Shown piece by piece: positions 9,003-19,021 of a DNA stretch of 64,000 nt (the stretch's first letter is position 1; each line of letters starts with the position of its first letter). This DNA is from Chloroflexota bacterium (GTDB lineage: Bacteria > Chloroflexota > UBA11872 > VXOZ01). The notes below the pieces were generated by a model. That model was given only the letters and a program-made list of their open reading frames with translations. It was not told where the DNA came from and searched no databases. The stretch is taken from the NCBI GenBank assembly GCA_963662335.2, contig CAXXVD010000003.1, forward strand, positions 352,001 to 416,000. The letters run 5' to 3'. Made by a program: the position numbers and the translations under genes.

Positions 9003-10142
9003 CTAATAGATCCCGGGAATAATCCGGTACTTCACCCGCGCCTGGTATTCCGCCCATTTCTCCGGGCCGTACTTCTCTTCGCACGCTTCTTCGTCTTCCC
9101 GTTGCCGCAGGGTGAAGATCGTCACGATGAAGACGAAGTAGATCCACGCCCAGGGATTGGTGAAGTAGCCGAACACCAGGGCGTATGACAGGGCCAGGGT
9201 CATTTCGCCCAGGTAATTGAAGTGGCGGGCGGGGCGCCAGAAGCCGCTGGTCAGGATCTTGCGGTTGCCGGCCACGATGTGCTCCGGCTCGATGATCCCA
9301 AGAAACTTGCGGTCGGGCCAGCGCTTGAACGTGTATTTCTGCAGGTTGGCGCCCCGGGTGATGATCCAGCCGGTAAAGAACACCGCTACGGAACCTACCA
9401 GCCAGACAGACGTCCACGCCGTGGCAAAGCCGGGGTGCGGATACGCGGCCAAGGCCCACAGCGGCGCGATGTACAGCCACCCATACACCATCAGGCCGCC
9501 CCAAAACATCTTGAGGCCCAGCCTTTCATGGATGATATCGTAGGTATAGAGTTGGACGCGCTCGAAGATGAAGTAGTCCACGACGTAGTACGTCAGGAAT
9601 GCCGCAAAGAGGAACACGCCCGGATTGAAGTCGTCGCCAAAGCGTTCGTAGTGGTAGGCGGCGCCGGACCAGGCGTTGAGCGACAGCATCGTCCCGCCAA
9701 CCACATAGAAGTACATCTTGACGTCGAAGCGATTTTTGAAGAACGACATCTCCTGGGCCCGCCCCAGCCAATAGGCCGCGAGCGGGTTCTTGATCTCGCC
9801 TTGCGGCTGGCTGAAGACCGCAATGAGCGCCAGCGCCGTGACAACCAACGTGCCGCCGGCCACCTGGTAGATGGCGGAGCGGTAGAACCAATCGCGCGGC
9901 ATGCCGGTGAGTTCAAGCGCCCACACGATTAGTGCGATCGCGAAAACCAGCAGGCCGTTTAGCTTGTACTTGCGGGATTCGCCGGTCTCCGGATCGGTGA
10001 CGTAGCCGGGCACCCACCTGCCCGGCAGGATGAGTTGCGCCAGGAAGAACGCGACGAATATCGCCAGCGGGGTGAGCAACCCCAAGAGCGCCTCTGTCTG
10101 CGAAAGCTCGAAAAGGTGGCCGATGCCAAGCCATTCAACCAT
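9003..10142 (-). CDS. ERG4/ERG24-family sterol reductase-like membrane protein
   Basis: YKLNGL, TYDIIHERLG, ANLQKYTFK, LTSGFW..ARHFNYLGE, CEEKYG..W.EY..RVKYRIIPGIY; GAGAGG RBS before ATG 10142. Confidence 0.88.
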   Translation of the reverse strand: MVEWLGIGHLFELSQTEALLGLLTPLAIFVAFFLAQLILPGRWVPGYVTDPETGESRKYKLNGLLVFAIALIVWALELTGMPRDWFYRSAIYQVAGGTLVVTALALIAVFSQPQGEIKNPLAAYWLGRAQEMSFFKNRFDVKMYFYVVGGTMLSLNAWSGAAYHYERFGDDFNPGVFLFAAFLTYYVVDYFIFERVQLYTYDIIHERLGLKMFWGGLMVYGWLYIAPLWALAAYPHPGFATAWTSVWLVGSVAVFFTGWIITRGANLQKYTFKRWPDRKFLGIIEPEHIVAGNRKILTSGFWRPARHFNYLGEMTLALSYALVFGYFTNPWAWIYFVFIVTIFTLRQREDEEACEEKYGPEKWAEYQARVKYRIIPGIY

Positions 10143-10300
10143 GACCGCATACCTCTCATTCCGGTGATAGCGCCACGAGGAGTGTGGCAGAAGGGAGAAG
10201 TCAATCACATACTATGCAGCAAGCGCCACGGCAGAGTCAACGCGCCTGCCAATGGCAATTGGCAGCTTTGGGCTATTTCCGTCTATTGCTCTCGAACCCC

Positions 10301-10488
10301 GTCATTCCGAGCGCAGCCCGTCATTCCGAGCGCAGCCCGTCATTCCGAGCGCAGCCCATCATTCCGAGCGCAGCCCGTCATTCCGAGCGCAGCCCATCAT
10401 TCCGAGCGCAGCCCGTCATTCCGAGCGCAGCGAGGAATCTACGTGCCAAACACACGAGATTCTTCGTCGCTGCGCTCCTCAGAATGAC
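10301..10488. repeat. Tandem array of six 19-bp REP left arms (GTCATTCCGAGCGCAGCCC) ending in a complete family A element
   Basis: Units at 10301, 10320, 10339, 10358, 10377, 10396; the copy at 10415 continues into GAGGAATCT...AGATTC...AGAATGAC. Confidence 0.92.
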
Positions 10489-10533
10489 ACATCGAGGGCC
10501 GCCTAGATGCATATCTTCGGTTAGACTCTCAGA

Positions 10534-10583
10534 TCTCTACGGTCCCAAGTCTCTACAGTCCCAATTCTCTACAGTCCCAATCT
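10534..10583. repeat. Three tandem 16-bp units (TCTCTACAGTCCCAAT)
   Basis: Directly visible. Confidence 0.75.
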
Positions 10584-10682
10584 AGACCGACCCACATCCG
10601 CTGCCAAAGGCTCCGCCACGGAATTACCTTGCAGGCCGGCGCGAGAGGCTGAGTTGATTTGTCGCATTGTGCGGGCAGATTC

Positions 10683-10712
10683 TTGACCTTGCGCAAGAGA
10701 GAGGGCTATACT
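10683..10712 (+). promoter_or_regulatory. Promoter of the solute-binding protein gene
   Basis: TTGACC-N18-TATACT. Confidence 0.6.
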
Positions 10713-10903
10713 CTTAGCATTGATGAGTGAGGGACGCTTGCATCTCTTACTCGCTGACTAAGGAAAGTTCCGGGTGTCGTTACTTTGGGGTTGGCGCATG
10801 ACGCAAGCCTGCCGCGCAGGAAGAACTTGCCGCAGGCTTCGGGCGCAGCCGCAAGAGGCAGCGACGGCCCGGATATGAATCGTCACACACAGGAGGTGAC
10901 ACC

Positions 10904-12208
10904 ATGGCGCGCATGAGTAGACGGCAGATGCTGGCGGGCGTGGGTCTCGGCGTTGGAGCGAGCGTGCTTGCCGCGTGCGGACAGGTACAGACGGTGGCGG
11001 CGCCGGCAGCGCCGGAGAGCGACGCGGCCGCGGCGCCAGAGGAACCGGCGGGAATCACCGGCGTCTTTCACGTGTGGGGCTACCGCTCCCAATATCTGCC
11101 GGGGGTGGTGCTGGACGCGTTTCAGGAGATGCATCCGGGCGCCGTGGTCGTGCAGTCCCAGCCGGCCGGCAATTTCCGCGGTGAGAAATTCCCGGCCGCG
11201 GTGGCGGCCGGCGCGCCGCCGGCGCTCATGCAGGGCTTTCTCGACTTTGTCGCCATGTACGTTGACCGGGGTTTCCTGGCGGATCTTGGGCCCGCGGCCA
11301 AGGCCGGCGACTTTGGCGACCTGGGCGCGTATCTCCCCGGTATCGTGGAGACCGGCACCTTCAACGGGGTGCTGCACTTCCTCCCCCACCGGCAGAGCGT
11401 GAACATTCCCCTCTACAACAAGGATATGTTCGAGAACGCCGGCATCAACGAGCCGCCCACCCAGTGGGACGACGTGGCGGAAATAGCGCGGCAATTGACC
11501 AAGAAGAACGCGGACGGCTCCGACCAGTTCGGACTATCGGTTACCACCAGCAAGAACACCCTAAACTCGTGGTTCAACCCGGTGCTCTGGCAGGCCGGGG
11601 GCGAGTTCTTCGCTGAGGACGGCCGGTCGGTGACGTTCGATGAAGACCCGGGTCTGGCGGCGCTGGAGTTCCTGACCGATCTCTTCAATAAGAAGATTGC
11701 CGCCGAGGGCACCACGCCGTACTTCGAAGGCTACGGCGCCATGATCAATGCCCGCACGCCCACGCACGTGAAGAGTCCCTTTGACCGTGGCACAATCCCC
11801 TGGCTGGCGGCCAGCCCCGCCTGGCAGAAGGAAAAGCAGCTTGGCTTTGGCTCGCTCTCCGGCTGGGTAGTGCCGAATAGCCCGCAGTCCGACGCGGCGA
11901 TACAACTGCTGGCGCATACCTTGCAGCCCGAAAACGTGAAGGCGTTCCTCAAGCTCGTGTTCCTGCTGCCGGTGCGCGGCGATATCGAGGTGGACTACGT
12001 GGATGAGAAGTACAACGGCTGGATGCCGACGTTCATCGAGCAGAGCCAGAACATGCACTACGACATCCCGCACCCGCACATCCGCGCCATCATGCCGCTC
12101 GTCTCGGCTGAGATGTACAAGGCGATCGGCGGCGAGGTCACGCCGCAGGAAGCCATCAGAACCGCGGGCCAGATAGCGAATCAATTCCTGGACGACAACA
12201 TGAGCTAG
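10904..12208 (+). CDS. ABC transporter sugar-type extracellular solute-binding lipoprotein (Tat signal)
   Basis: SRRQML twin-arginine, LAAC lipobox, LYNKDMFENAGINEPPTQWDD; AGGAGG RBS. Confidence 0.9.
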   Translation: MARMSRRQMLAGVGLGVGASVLAACGQVQTVAAPAAPESDAAAAPEEPAGITGVFHVWGYRSQYLPGVVLDAFQEMHPGAVVVQSQPAGNFRGEKFPAAVAAGAPPALMQGFLDFVAMYVDRGFLADLGPAAKAGDFGDLGAYLPGIVETGTFNGVLHFLPHRQSVNIPLYNKDMFENAGINEPPTQWDDVAEIARQLTKKNADGSDQFGLSVTTSKNTLNSWFNPVLWQAGGEFFAEDGRSVTFDEDPGLAALEFLTDLFNKKIAAEGTTPYFEGYGAMINARTPTHVKSPFDRGTIPWLAASPAWQKEKQLGFGSLSGWVVPNSPQSDAAIQLLAHTLQPENVKAFLKLVFLLPVRGDIEVDYVDEKYNGWMPTFIEQSQNMHYDIPHPHIRAIMPLVSAEMYKAIGGEVTPQEAIRTAGQIANQFLDDNMS

Positions 12209-12290
12209 CGGCTGGCTTTCACTTTCGCCAAACCGGATCTGAACCAGAACCTTCAAGCCGGGGACCGCATTGGAAGTGCAAGCGGCATAA

Positions 12291-12321
12291 GTAAAGCCCC
12301 CGCAACGCGCGGGGGCTTTAC
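12291..12321. terminator. Bidirectional intrinsic terminator
   Basis: GTAAAGCCCCCGC-AACGC-GCGGGGGCTTTAC between convergent genes. Confidence 0.8.
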
Positions 12322-12331
12322 AGTCCGTCGG

Positions 12332-12739
12332 TCAACCGGACGACTGGTCAGGCTTGTCAGGCTCCGGCTCTTTGGCTTCCATATCGGATGGAAGCGCAAC
12401 GCCCTTGTCCCTGAGTTCCTGGATTGTTGCTTGCCGGCCTTCTTGCCGGCCTTGCTCTCGAATCCTATTCCTCGTGTCGGCAATCTTCTCCGCCAGCCGC
12501 TCACTTGGGAATTTCCACACTACCCATGCTCCTAACTCTGTTAGCATTATCGAAACCGGCGTGGCTGCAATGACGTTTTCGCTGATCCCTCGCCACGTGC
12601 ACGCTACTAGCTTGATGCTCCAGCCTCCGCATTGCGTAAGGTTGTCGCACGTGCCAAGCGCAACCAAGGCAACGAATATGCCAAAGTACCACACCCTTGT
12701 GTGCGAAGGAACGCTGAGGATGGATTCTCGCTCAGCAAT
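12332..12739 (-). CDS. Small membrane protein with QGRQEGRQ tail (start GTG 12694 or ATT 12739)
   Basis: Two hydrophobic segments and a charged tail; frame stays open to an ATT preceded by GGCGGTGA. Confidence 0.6.
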   Translation of the reverse strand: MAERESILSVPSHTRVWYFGIFVALVALGTCDNLTQCGGWSIKLVACTWRGISENVIAATPVSIMLTELGAWVVWKFPSERLAEKIADTRNRIREQGRQEGRQATIQELRDKGVALPSDMEAKEPEPDKPDQSSG

Positions 12740-13034
12740 GACTCACCGCCTAGCTAGGCAACTCGCCGGGCGGCTTGAGACAGCCGGAAGTAGAGTGTTG
12801 CATCTCCTCATCTCCTAAGAAGCTAACTCGACCTAGCCTGCCCAGGCCATATGCATTCATTATATATGAGAGTGTCAAATGACTCCTATGGGATGGTACT
12901 GCCCTGTATGCCCTTCTGTTCAGGAAACCGTCAGCTCAAGTGGTAATGTCCCTCTTCTGCTACCCTATCTCCATCACGTCAGGTCGATAATCACCCAAAA
13001 GGACTAAACATAGGAAAGCCGACGCCTCAAGGAG

Positions 13035-14294
13035 ATGCATACCGTGGCAGTAACAGCGCTCATCAACGGCAGGATCATCGACGGCAACGGCGGCCCGCCG
13101 CTCGAGCACGGCGCGGTCCTCATTGTAGATACCCGCATCGAAGCCGTGGGGGTTGACGTGGACATCCCGCCGGAAGCCGAGGTCATCGACGTCGCGGGCG
13201 CGAGCCTCCTCCCCGGCATGATGGACCTCCACGTGCACCTGAACGGCCCGTACCACGCGCTGCAGAAGCTGCGCAAGTCGCTGCTGGCGGGTTTCACGAC
13301 CATTGCGCACGTCGCCGGCACCATGCCGCCCGCCTCGACGCAATGCCGCCAGGCGATTGCCGACGGCTGGTTCCCGGAGTGCGCGCGGCTGATTGTGGGC
13401 GCGGTGGTGGACTGCACCAACGGCCACGTGCGCGGCCGCGTGGCGGACGGCCCGTGGGAAGTGCGCAAGGCCGTGCGCGAGATGGTGCAGGCCAAGGCCG
13501 ACTTCATCAAGACGGCCGCCAGCGGCGGCTTCTGGGCCGAGGACGAAGAGACCTGGTGGCTGGACTATACCCAGGAAGAACTGGACGCCCTGGTGGACGA
13601 AGCCCACAGCGTCGGCCGGCTCGTGGTGGTGCATTGCCACACGCAACCGGGGCTCGACATGGCCATTCAAGCCGGCTGCGACCAGATTCACCACGGCGCG
13701 CTCATCGATGAGAAAGCGCTGCAAGGGATTCTGGAGAACGAACTCTTCTTCGTGCCGACTCTGCGCGTCACGTCCCGCCAGAACATGGCGATCAAGTACG
13801 GCGCGGGACGCCCGTGGGAAACCCGCAAGATGGGCGAAGCGCACTACGTTCACCGGGAAGGCGTGCGCCTGGCCCACCAAATGGGCGTAAAGATGGGTCT
13901 CGGCACCGACTGTCCGAGCACACCGCCTTGGGACATCTGGGACAGCGGCTTTGAGCTCCAGGAGTTCGTCGGCTGCGGTCTCAGCCCCTTGGAAGCGATC
14001 GGCGTGGCCACCAAAGGCTCGGCTGAAGCCATGCGGATCGACGACCGGCTCGGCACGCTGGAAACCGGGAAGCTTGCCGACGTGGTCGTGGTGGACGGCG
14101 ATCCCGCCAGCGACATCCAGGCGGTGGTGAACTACGCCAACGTCCGCTATGTCTTCAAGGAAGGCAAACTGGCGGTGAGCAGAGATCCGGCGAGGCCGCC
14201 CACCGCCCACCTGGAGACCTATCCGCCTGCCTTCACGCCAATCGACGCGCGCTTCAGCGCCGATCCGGCCTGGGAAGCCACGGCCGGCTTGTAG
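13035..14294 (+). CDS. Metal-dependent amidohydrolase (Xaa-Pro dipeptidase-like)
   Basis: LLPGMMDLHVHL, DFIK, VHCH, IHHG, GTD, GTLETGKLADVVVVDGDP. Confidence 0.9.
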   Translation: MHTVAVTALINGRIIDGNGGPPLEHGAVLIVDTRIEAVGVDVDIPPEAEVIDVAGASLLPGMMDLHVHLNGPYHALQKLRKSLLAGFTTIAHVAGTMPPASTQCRQAIADGWFPECARLIVGAVVDCTNGHVRGRVADGPWEVRKAVREMVQAKADFIKTAASGGFWAEDEETWWLDYTQEELDALVDEAHSVGRLVVVHCHTQPGLDMAIQAGCDQIHHGALIDEKALQGILENELFFVPTLRVTSRQNMAIKYGAGRPWETRKMGEAHYVHREGVRLAHQMGVKMGLGTDCPSTPPWDIWDSGFELQEFVGCGLSPLEAIGVATKGSAEAMRIDDRLGTLETGKLADVVVVDGDPASDIQAVVNYANVRYVFKEGKLAVSRDPARPPTAHLETYPPAFTPIDARFSADPAWEATAGL

Positions 14295-14424
14295 GCGCGA
14301 GAGCGTCGGTAGAGCTTTAAGCGTACTTTGTGCACTCTCCGCCGTTTGCCGCAAGGCGGCAAACGGGCACGGACGTTTGCGTGCCTGGTATGATTACGGT
14401 GCGCGCGTTCTACGCAACTGAGGA

Positions 14425-15744
14425 GTGACCGTGGCAATGGAGTTATTGGCCGGCGGGGCAAAGGTGGCGATTACGCCGCCGATAGGGAGCGCATTTCAAT
14501 CGAGCCGGGCGGACCTGCGGGTTGAGAGCGTCCTGCACGAACTCTACGCTACCGCCGTGGCGCTGAGCGACGGCGAGCGGAAGATAGCGATCGTCGGGCT
14601 GGACGTGCTGGGCCTGGACGCGGCGTTGGTCAATGCCGTGCGCGCGCGCGTGGAGGCGCAGACGTCCATCCCCGGCGCCCACGTGATGGTCAACGCCGCG
14701 CACAACCACTTTGGCCCGGCGATTCTGCAGGCCCTGCCGGACGAAATCGACGAGGGCTACTACCAGGGTTTGGTGCAGTCGCTGGCCGACGCCGTCACCC
14801 GCGCCGACGCGGCCCTGGAACCGGTGGCAATGCGCGCGGGCGACGCGGAAGGCGCCTTTGCCATCAACCGGCGGCGTATGGAAGACGGCGAGGTGATGCT
14901 GGCGCCGAACTATGAGGGCCTGGTAGACCAGCGCATCCGCGCGCTGCGCTTCGAGCGGCTCGACGGGTCAATCGTGGCCGTGCTCTTTTCGGCGGCGTTT
15001 CATCCCACCGGCTTCGCCTACCGCGCGCCGGTGGTGAACGGCGACTACGTCGCCGCCGCCCGGCAGGAGGTGGAGCGGCAGTTTGCCACCCAGGGCGCGC
15101 CCGCGGTGGGCTTCCTGCAAGGCTGCGCGGGCAACATGCGCGTGCGCGTGATTGCGCCGGGCGGCACGCGCTTCCATCCCTGCTCCGGGGAAGAGATCGA
15201 CACCCACGGCCGCGGGGTGGGCGCGCTGGCCGCGCGCGCGGCGCGGGAGGCCACCATGGTGGTCGGCTATCCGATCGGCGTAGCGCACGAACTGGTGTCG
15301 CTGCCGCTGCAGGAACCGCCCACCGCGGCGGAACTCCAGGACATGCGCGCAAGGTCGCAGAACGACAACTACATGCAACTCTGGACCGGCTCGCTGCTGG
15401 AAAACCTACGGAACGACGGGTCGCTGCCGACGAGCGTCGACTTTCCCGTTCAGGTCTTCCGCATCGGCGGCCTCTGGCTGGTGGGCCTGGGCGCGGAGGT
15501 CTTCCTGGAAATCGGCCAACAGATCGAGGCGGCGCTCCTGGACGGCCACGCGGGACAGGCGGCGTGGACGTTGGGGTATACCAACGACACCCTCGGCTAC
15601 GTCTGCACCGCAGAGTCATACGCGGCCGGCGGCTACGAGCCGACGCGCTCCCACAAGTTCTACCACCTGCCGGCGGCCTATCAGCCGCAAACCGAGCATG
15701 TGGTGGTGGAGGCGGCCCTGCGCGTGGCCCGGGGGCTGGCGTAG
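14425..15744 (+). CDS. Neutral/alkaline ceramidase-like hydrolase
   Basis: GGAKVAITP, HNHFGP, INRR, FHPT, GDY, FLQGCAGN, GYTN...GGYE. Confidence 0.8.
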   Translation: MTVAMELLAGGAKVAITPPIGSAFQSSRADLRVESVLHELYATAVALSDGERKIAIVGLDVLGLDAALVNAVRARVEAQTSIPGAHVMVNAAHNHFGPAILQALPDEIDEGYYQGLVQSLADAVTRADAALEPVAMRAGDAEGAFAINRRRMEDGEVMLAPNYEGLVDQRIRALRFERLDGSIVAVLFSAAFHPTGFAYRAPVVNGDYVAAARQEVERQFATQGAPAVGFLQGCAGNMRVRVIAPGGTRFHPCSGEEIDTHGRGVGALAARAAREATMVVGYPIGVAHELVSLPLQEPPTAAELQDMRARSQNDNYMQLWTGSLLENLRNDGSLPTSVDFPVQVFRIGGLWLVGLGAEVFLEIGQQIEAALLDGHAGQAAWTLGYTNDTLGYVCTAESYAAGGYEPTRSHKFYHLPAAYQPQTEHVVVEAALRVARGLA

Positions 15745-15968
15745 GTGGGTGGGGCGTGGGGGTTTGGGCCGGTTTCGCCCCCATCCCGGCCTTCCCCCTT
15801 CGAGGGGAAGGGGTTTTGGAAGAGTCGGCCCAGGGAGAAGATTGCGGTGGGGCCGGGTTGAGAGGGAAGGAGGCTTGGCGGGGCGCTGGGGGAGGCTAAC
15901 TGTTAGCTATTTACAATATTTGCTATGATAGGCAACAATGGAGTAGCGATTGTGTTGGCGGAGCGAGG

Positions 15969-16463
15969 ATGAGGGCCGTGGAGAACACTGGCAAACAAAA
16001 AAAAGAAGAATTGACCGAGCGCTTCGTGGAGGCGGTGGAGTATCTGAACCGCCAGATGCACACCGGCCGCCTGGACGAATGGGAAGGTCTGGACATGACC
16101 ATTCCCCAGATCAAGACGCTGGTGCTGCTGGAACGCATGGGCCCCCTGCGCATGGGCAACATCGCCATTTTCCTGGGCCGCGCGCTCTCCGCCACAACCA
16201 CCGTGGTAGACCGGCTGGTAGAGAAGGAGTTGGTGTACCGGGTCGCCGATCCGGGCGATCGGCGCGTGGTGATCTGCGAACTCACCGACGAGGGCCGGGT
16301 GGCCATCGAACAGTTCTGGCGGATTGGACGAGAGCGGCTGGAACTGCTGGCGGATACGCTGAAACTGGAAGAGTTGGAAATCGTGACGCAGGGGTTGGTG
16401 TTGATTCGCAGGGCGGATGAGGAACTCCAACGGACAATCGTCAGCTTGTATTCCAACGAATAG
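15969..16463 (+). CDS. MarR family transcriptional regulator
   Basis: TIPQIKTL, TTTVVDRLVEKELVYR..DPGDRRVV..ELTDEG. Confidence 0.92.
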   Translation: MRAVENTGKQKKEELTERFVEAVEYLNRQMHTGRLDEWEGLDMTIPQIKTLVLLERMGPLRMGNIAIFLGRALSATTTVVDRLVEKELVYRVADPGDRRVVICELTDEGRVAIEQFWRIGRERLELLADTLKLEELEIVTQGLVLIRRADEELQRTIVSLYSNE

Positions 16464-16878
16464 GCGCCCTTCTTCACGTACACTCCACTACCGGGGCTTC
16501 TCATCCCCTCGTAGTCAAGAGTCCCGCCGGAAAGTTCGCAGCGGCGTGCCCTGCTGCCGCTTGCTGAACGACCGCATCGTCCCATGGGTTCACCCCGCCA
16601 CTTGGCTGCGCGCAGCCGGTCGCTGGATGAGGTCCGCGCGCCGGATACAGCCGCACCCAATAGCCCCAAGATCTGCGGCGCTTCTTCATCTGCCGGTTTG
16701 GGTGTACGCGCCGCCGGCGCGGGGCCTGCCGCCTCGTTCCAGGAAATATCCCTCCAGCAGGACAATTGTCGTCGAATTATCCCTGCGGTAGTGTATAATG
16801 CAGGCAAAGCGGTAGCGAGCGACGGCACGATGGGGTGCGAGCGCGCCGCTGCATAGGGGGACAGGGGGTTAGGCACGC

Positions 16879-18051
16879 ATGGCAGTCACGGCAGACGCGC
16901 TATCTCCGCGCGAACAGCGGCGTATTCATCGCCTCTTGCTGCGCAGCCGGCGGAGCGCCGGCCGCGAGCACGAGCAGATTCCCAGGCACTACCTGCAAAC
17001 GCCCGCTGAGGAACTGGACGAGCGCATCGCCGCAGTGCGCCGGCGGCTTGGCGAGCGCGTGCTGGTGCTCGGCCACCACTACCAGCGCGACGAGGTGATC
17101 AAGTACGCCGACCTGCGCGGCGATTCCTATAAACTGGCCACCTTTGCCGCCACCCGGCGCGACGCCGAATTCATCATCTTCTGCGGCGTGCACTTCATGG
17201 CGGAGAGCGCCGACATTCTCACGAGCCCGCACCAGTCGGTCATTCTGCCCAATCCCACCGCCGGCTGCTCCATGGCCGACATGGCCGACATCGACGACAT
17301 CGTGGAGTGCTGGGAGCAGCTTACCGGCGCGGCGGGCGAGTCGATCGTGCCGATCACGTACATGAACTCCACCGCGGCGCTCAAGGCGTTTTGCGGCGCG
17401 CACGGCGGCATCGTCTGCACCTCCTCCAACGCCGCCGCCGTCTACGAGTGGGCGATGGCCCGCGGCGAGAAGATTCTTTTCTTCCCCGACCAACACCTGG
17501 GCCGGAACACGGGCCTGAAGTTCGGCATTCCGCTGGACGAGATGGTCGTGTGGGACCCACAGGAGCCGACGCTGGGCGGCAATACGGCAGCCGACGTGCG
17601 CAACGCCAAGGTCATCCTCTGGAAGGGCTGGTGCTCGGTGCACACGCGCTTTACGGTGACGCAGGTGGAGTTCGCCCGCCGCCAGGACCCGGACGTGAAC
17701 GTGATCGTCCATCCGGAATGCCCCATGGCGGTGGTGCAGGCCGCCGACTACAACGGCTCCACCGAATTCATCCTGAAGACCATCACCGAGGCCCCCGCCG
17801 GCTCCGCCTGGTCTGTGGGCACTGAGATCAACATGGTCAACCGCATGGCCGCCGAAAACCCCGATAAGCGCATCTCCTGCCTCGACCCCATCGTCTGCCC
17901 CTGCTCCACCATGTACCGCATCCACCCGGCCTACGTGGCCTGGGTGATGGAAGACCTCTTAGAAGACAAGGTCACGAACCAGGTGAGCGTCGATCCCGAC
18001 GTGGCGCACTGGGCGGTGGTCTCGCTGGAGCGCATGTTGACCGTTCATTAG
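16879..18051 (+). CDS. nadA: Quinolinate synthase A
   Basis: LGHHYQ, FCGVHFMAESA, AGCSMA, YMNS, CTSSNA, HPEC, GST, CPCSTM. Confidence 0.96.
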   Translation: MAVTADALSPREQRRIHRLLLRSRRSAGREHEQIPRHYLQTPAEELDERIAAVRRRLGERVLVLGHHYQRDEVIKYADLRGDSYKLATFAATRRDAEFIIFCGVHFMAESADILTSPHQSVILPNPTAGCSMADMADIDDIVECWEQLTGAAGESIVPITYMNSTAALKAFCGAHGGIVCTSSNAAAVYEWAMARGEKILFFPDQHLGRNTGLKFGIPLDEMVVWDPQEPTLGGNTAADVRNAKVILWKGWCSVHTRFTVTQVEFARRQDPDVNVIVHPECPMAVVQAADYNGSTEFILKTITEAPAGSAWSVGTEINMVNRMAAENPDKRISCLDPIVCPCSTMYRIHPAYVAWVMEDLLEDKVTNQVSVDPDVAHWAVVSLERMLTVH

Positions 18052-18178
18052 GAATTCCCCGAATGCACGGGCCTTCTCTACTCTCGTTACCCTTTGGCAG
18101 TCCTGGGTTTGTGCAGTATACTGGCACGAGCGCGGGGCGTTTTCGTGTTGCCCGCGCACTATTTCCCGGAGGACACCC

Positions 18179-18961
18179 GTGAAGACGAATACAATCCGCG
18201 AGAAACTGAACGCCGGTGAGCCTACCCTGGCGACGCACGTGCACACCACGTGGCCGGGGATGATCGAGGTGATCGGCCTGACCGGCATCTATGACTACGT
18301 GGAGTTCGTGGCCGAATACGCGCCGTTCAACCTGCATGATTTGGAGAACTTCTGCCGGGCGGCCGAGTTGCATGATCTTTCGACGATGATCAAGGTGGAC
18401 CAGGCGCCGCGCAGTTTCTTGGCGCAGCGGGCGATTGGGGCCGGCTTCCAGAGCGTGCTCTTTGCCGACAGCCGCACGGTGGCGGACGCCGAGGAGTGCG
18501 TGCGCGCGGTGCGGGCGGATACGCCGCAGGCCCACGGCATCCACGGCGTGGCCATGCGCCGCGCCTGGTACATGTCCTACGGCGCCGGGCCGGACTATCC
18601 CCAGGCGCTGGACGACATCGTGGTGGCGCTGATGATCGAACGAAAGTCTGCGGTCGACCACCTGGATGAATTCCTGGCGGTGCCGGGTGTGGACATGGTG
18701 CAGTGGGGACCCGCCGACTACGCGATGAACATCGGCCGCGCCGGCGAGTTCCAGCACCCGGACGTGAAAGCCGCCGAGAAGAAGGTGTTCGAGACGTGCC
18801 TGGCCAAAGGCATCCCGCCCCGCGCGGAGATCAACTCGGTCGACCAGGCCCAGCGCTTCCTGGACATGGGCGTGCGCCACTTCTGCCTGGGCACCGACAT
18901 CAACATCATCCACGATTGGCTCAGCCAGCAAGGGGATACGCTGCGCAATCTGCTGAGCTAG
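18179..18961 (+). CDS. HpcH/HpaI aldolase family protein
   Basis: DYVEFVAEY, LMIE, VPGVDMVQWGPADYAMNIG. Confidence 0.88.
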   Translation: MKTNTIREKLNAGEPTLATHVHTTWPGMIEVIGLTGIYDYVEFVAEYAPFNLHDLENFCRAAELHDLSTMIKVDQAPRSFLAQRAIGAGFQSVLFADSRTVADAEECVRAVRADTPQAHGIHGVAMRRAWYMSYGAGPDYPQALDDIVVALMIERKSAVDHLDEFLAVPGVDMVQWGPADYAMNIGRAGEFQHPDVKAAEKKVFETCLAKGIPPRAEINSVDQAQRFLDMGVRHFCLGTDINIIHDWLSQQGDTLRNLLS

Positions 18962-19021
18962 GCGGAAGCGCGTTACGGCATTGACGAGTCTCGTCATGTG
19001 CCTCCATAGTCAACGCACTTC

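Noticed and set aside
10301-10488. Possible CRISPR array
   Set aside because: Units are contiguous 19-bp REP arms without unique spacers; no cas genes
10035-10585. ORFs with HSERSPSFRAQP repeats, and similar ORFs at 26155-27521 and 55996-56313
   Set aside because: Translations of intergenic REP arrays
16464-16800. Small ORFs between marR and nadA
   Set aside because: No RBS, motif or codon-bias support
16800-16878. NAD riboswitch upstream of nadA
   Set aside because: Short GC-rich leader with no recognisable nadA-motif consensus
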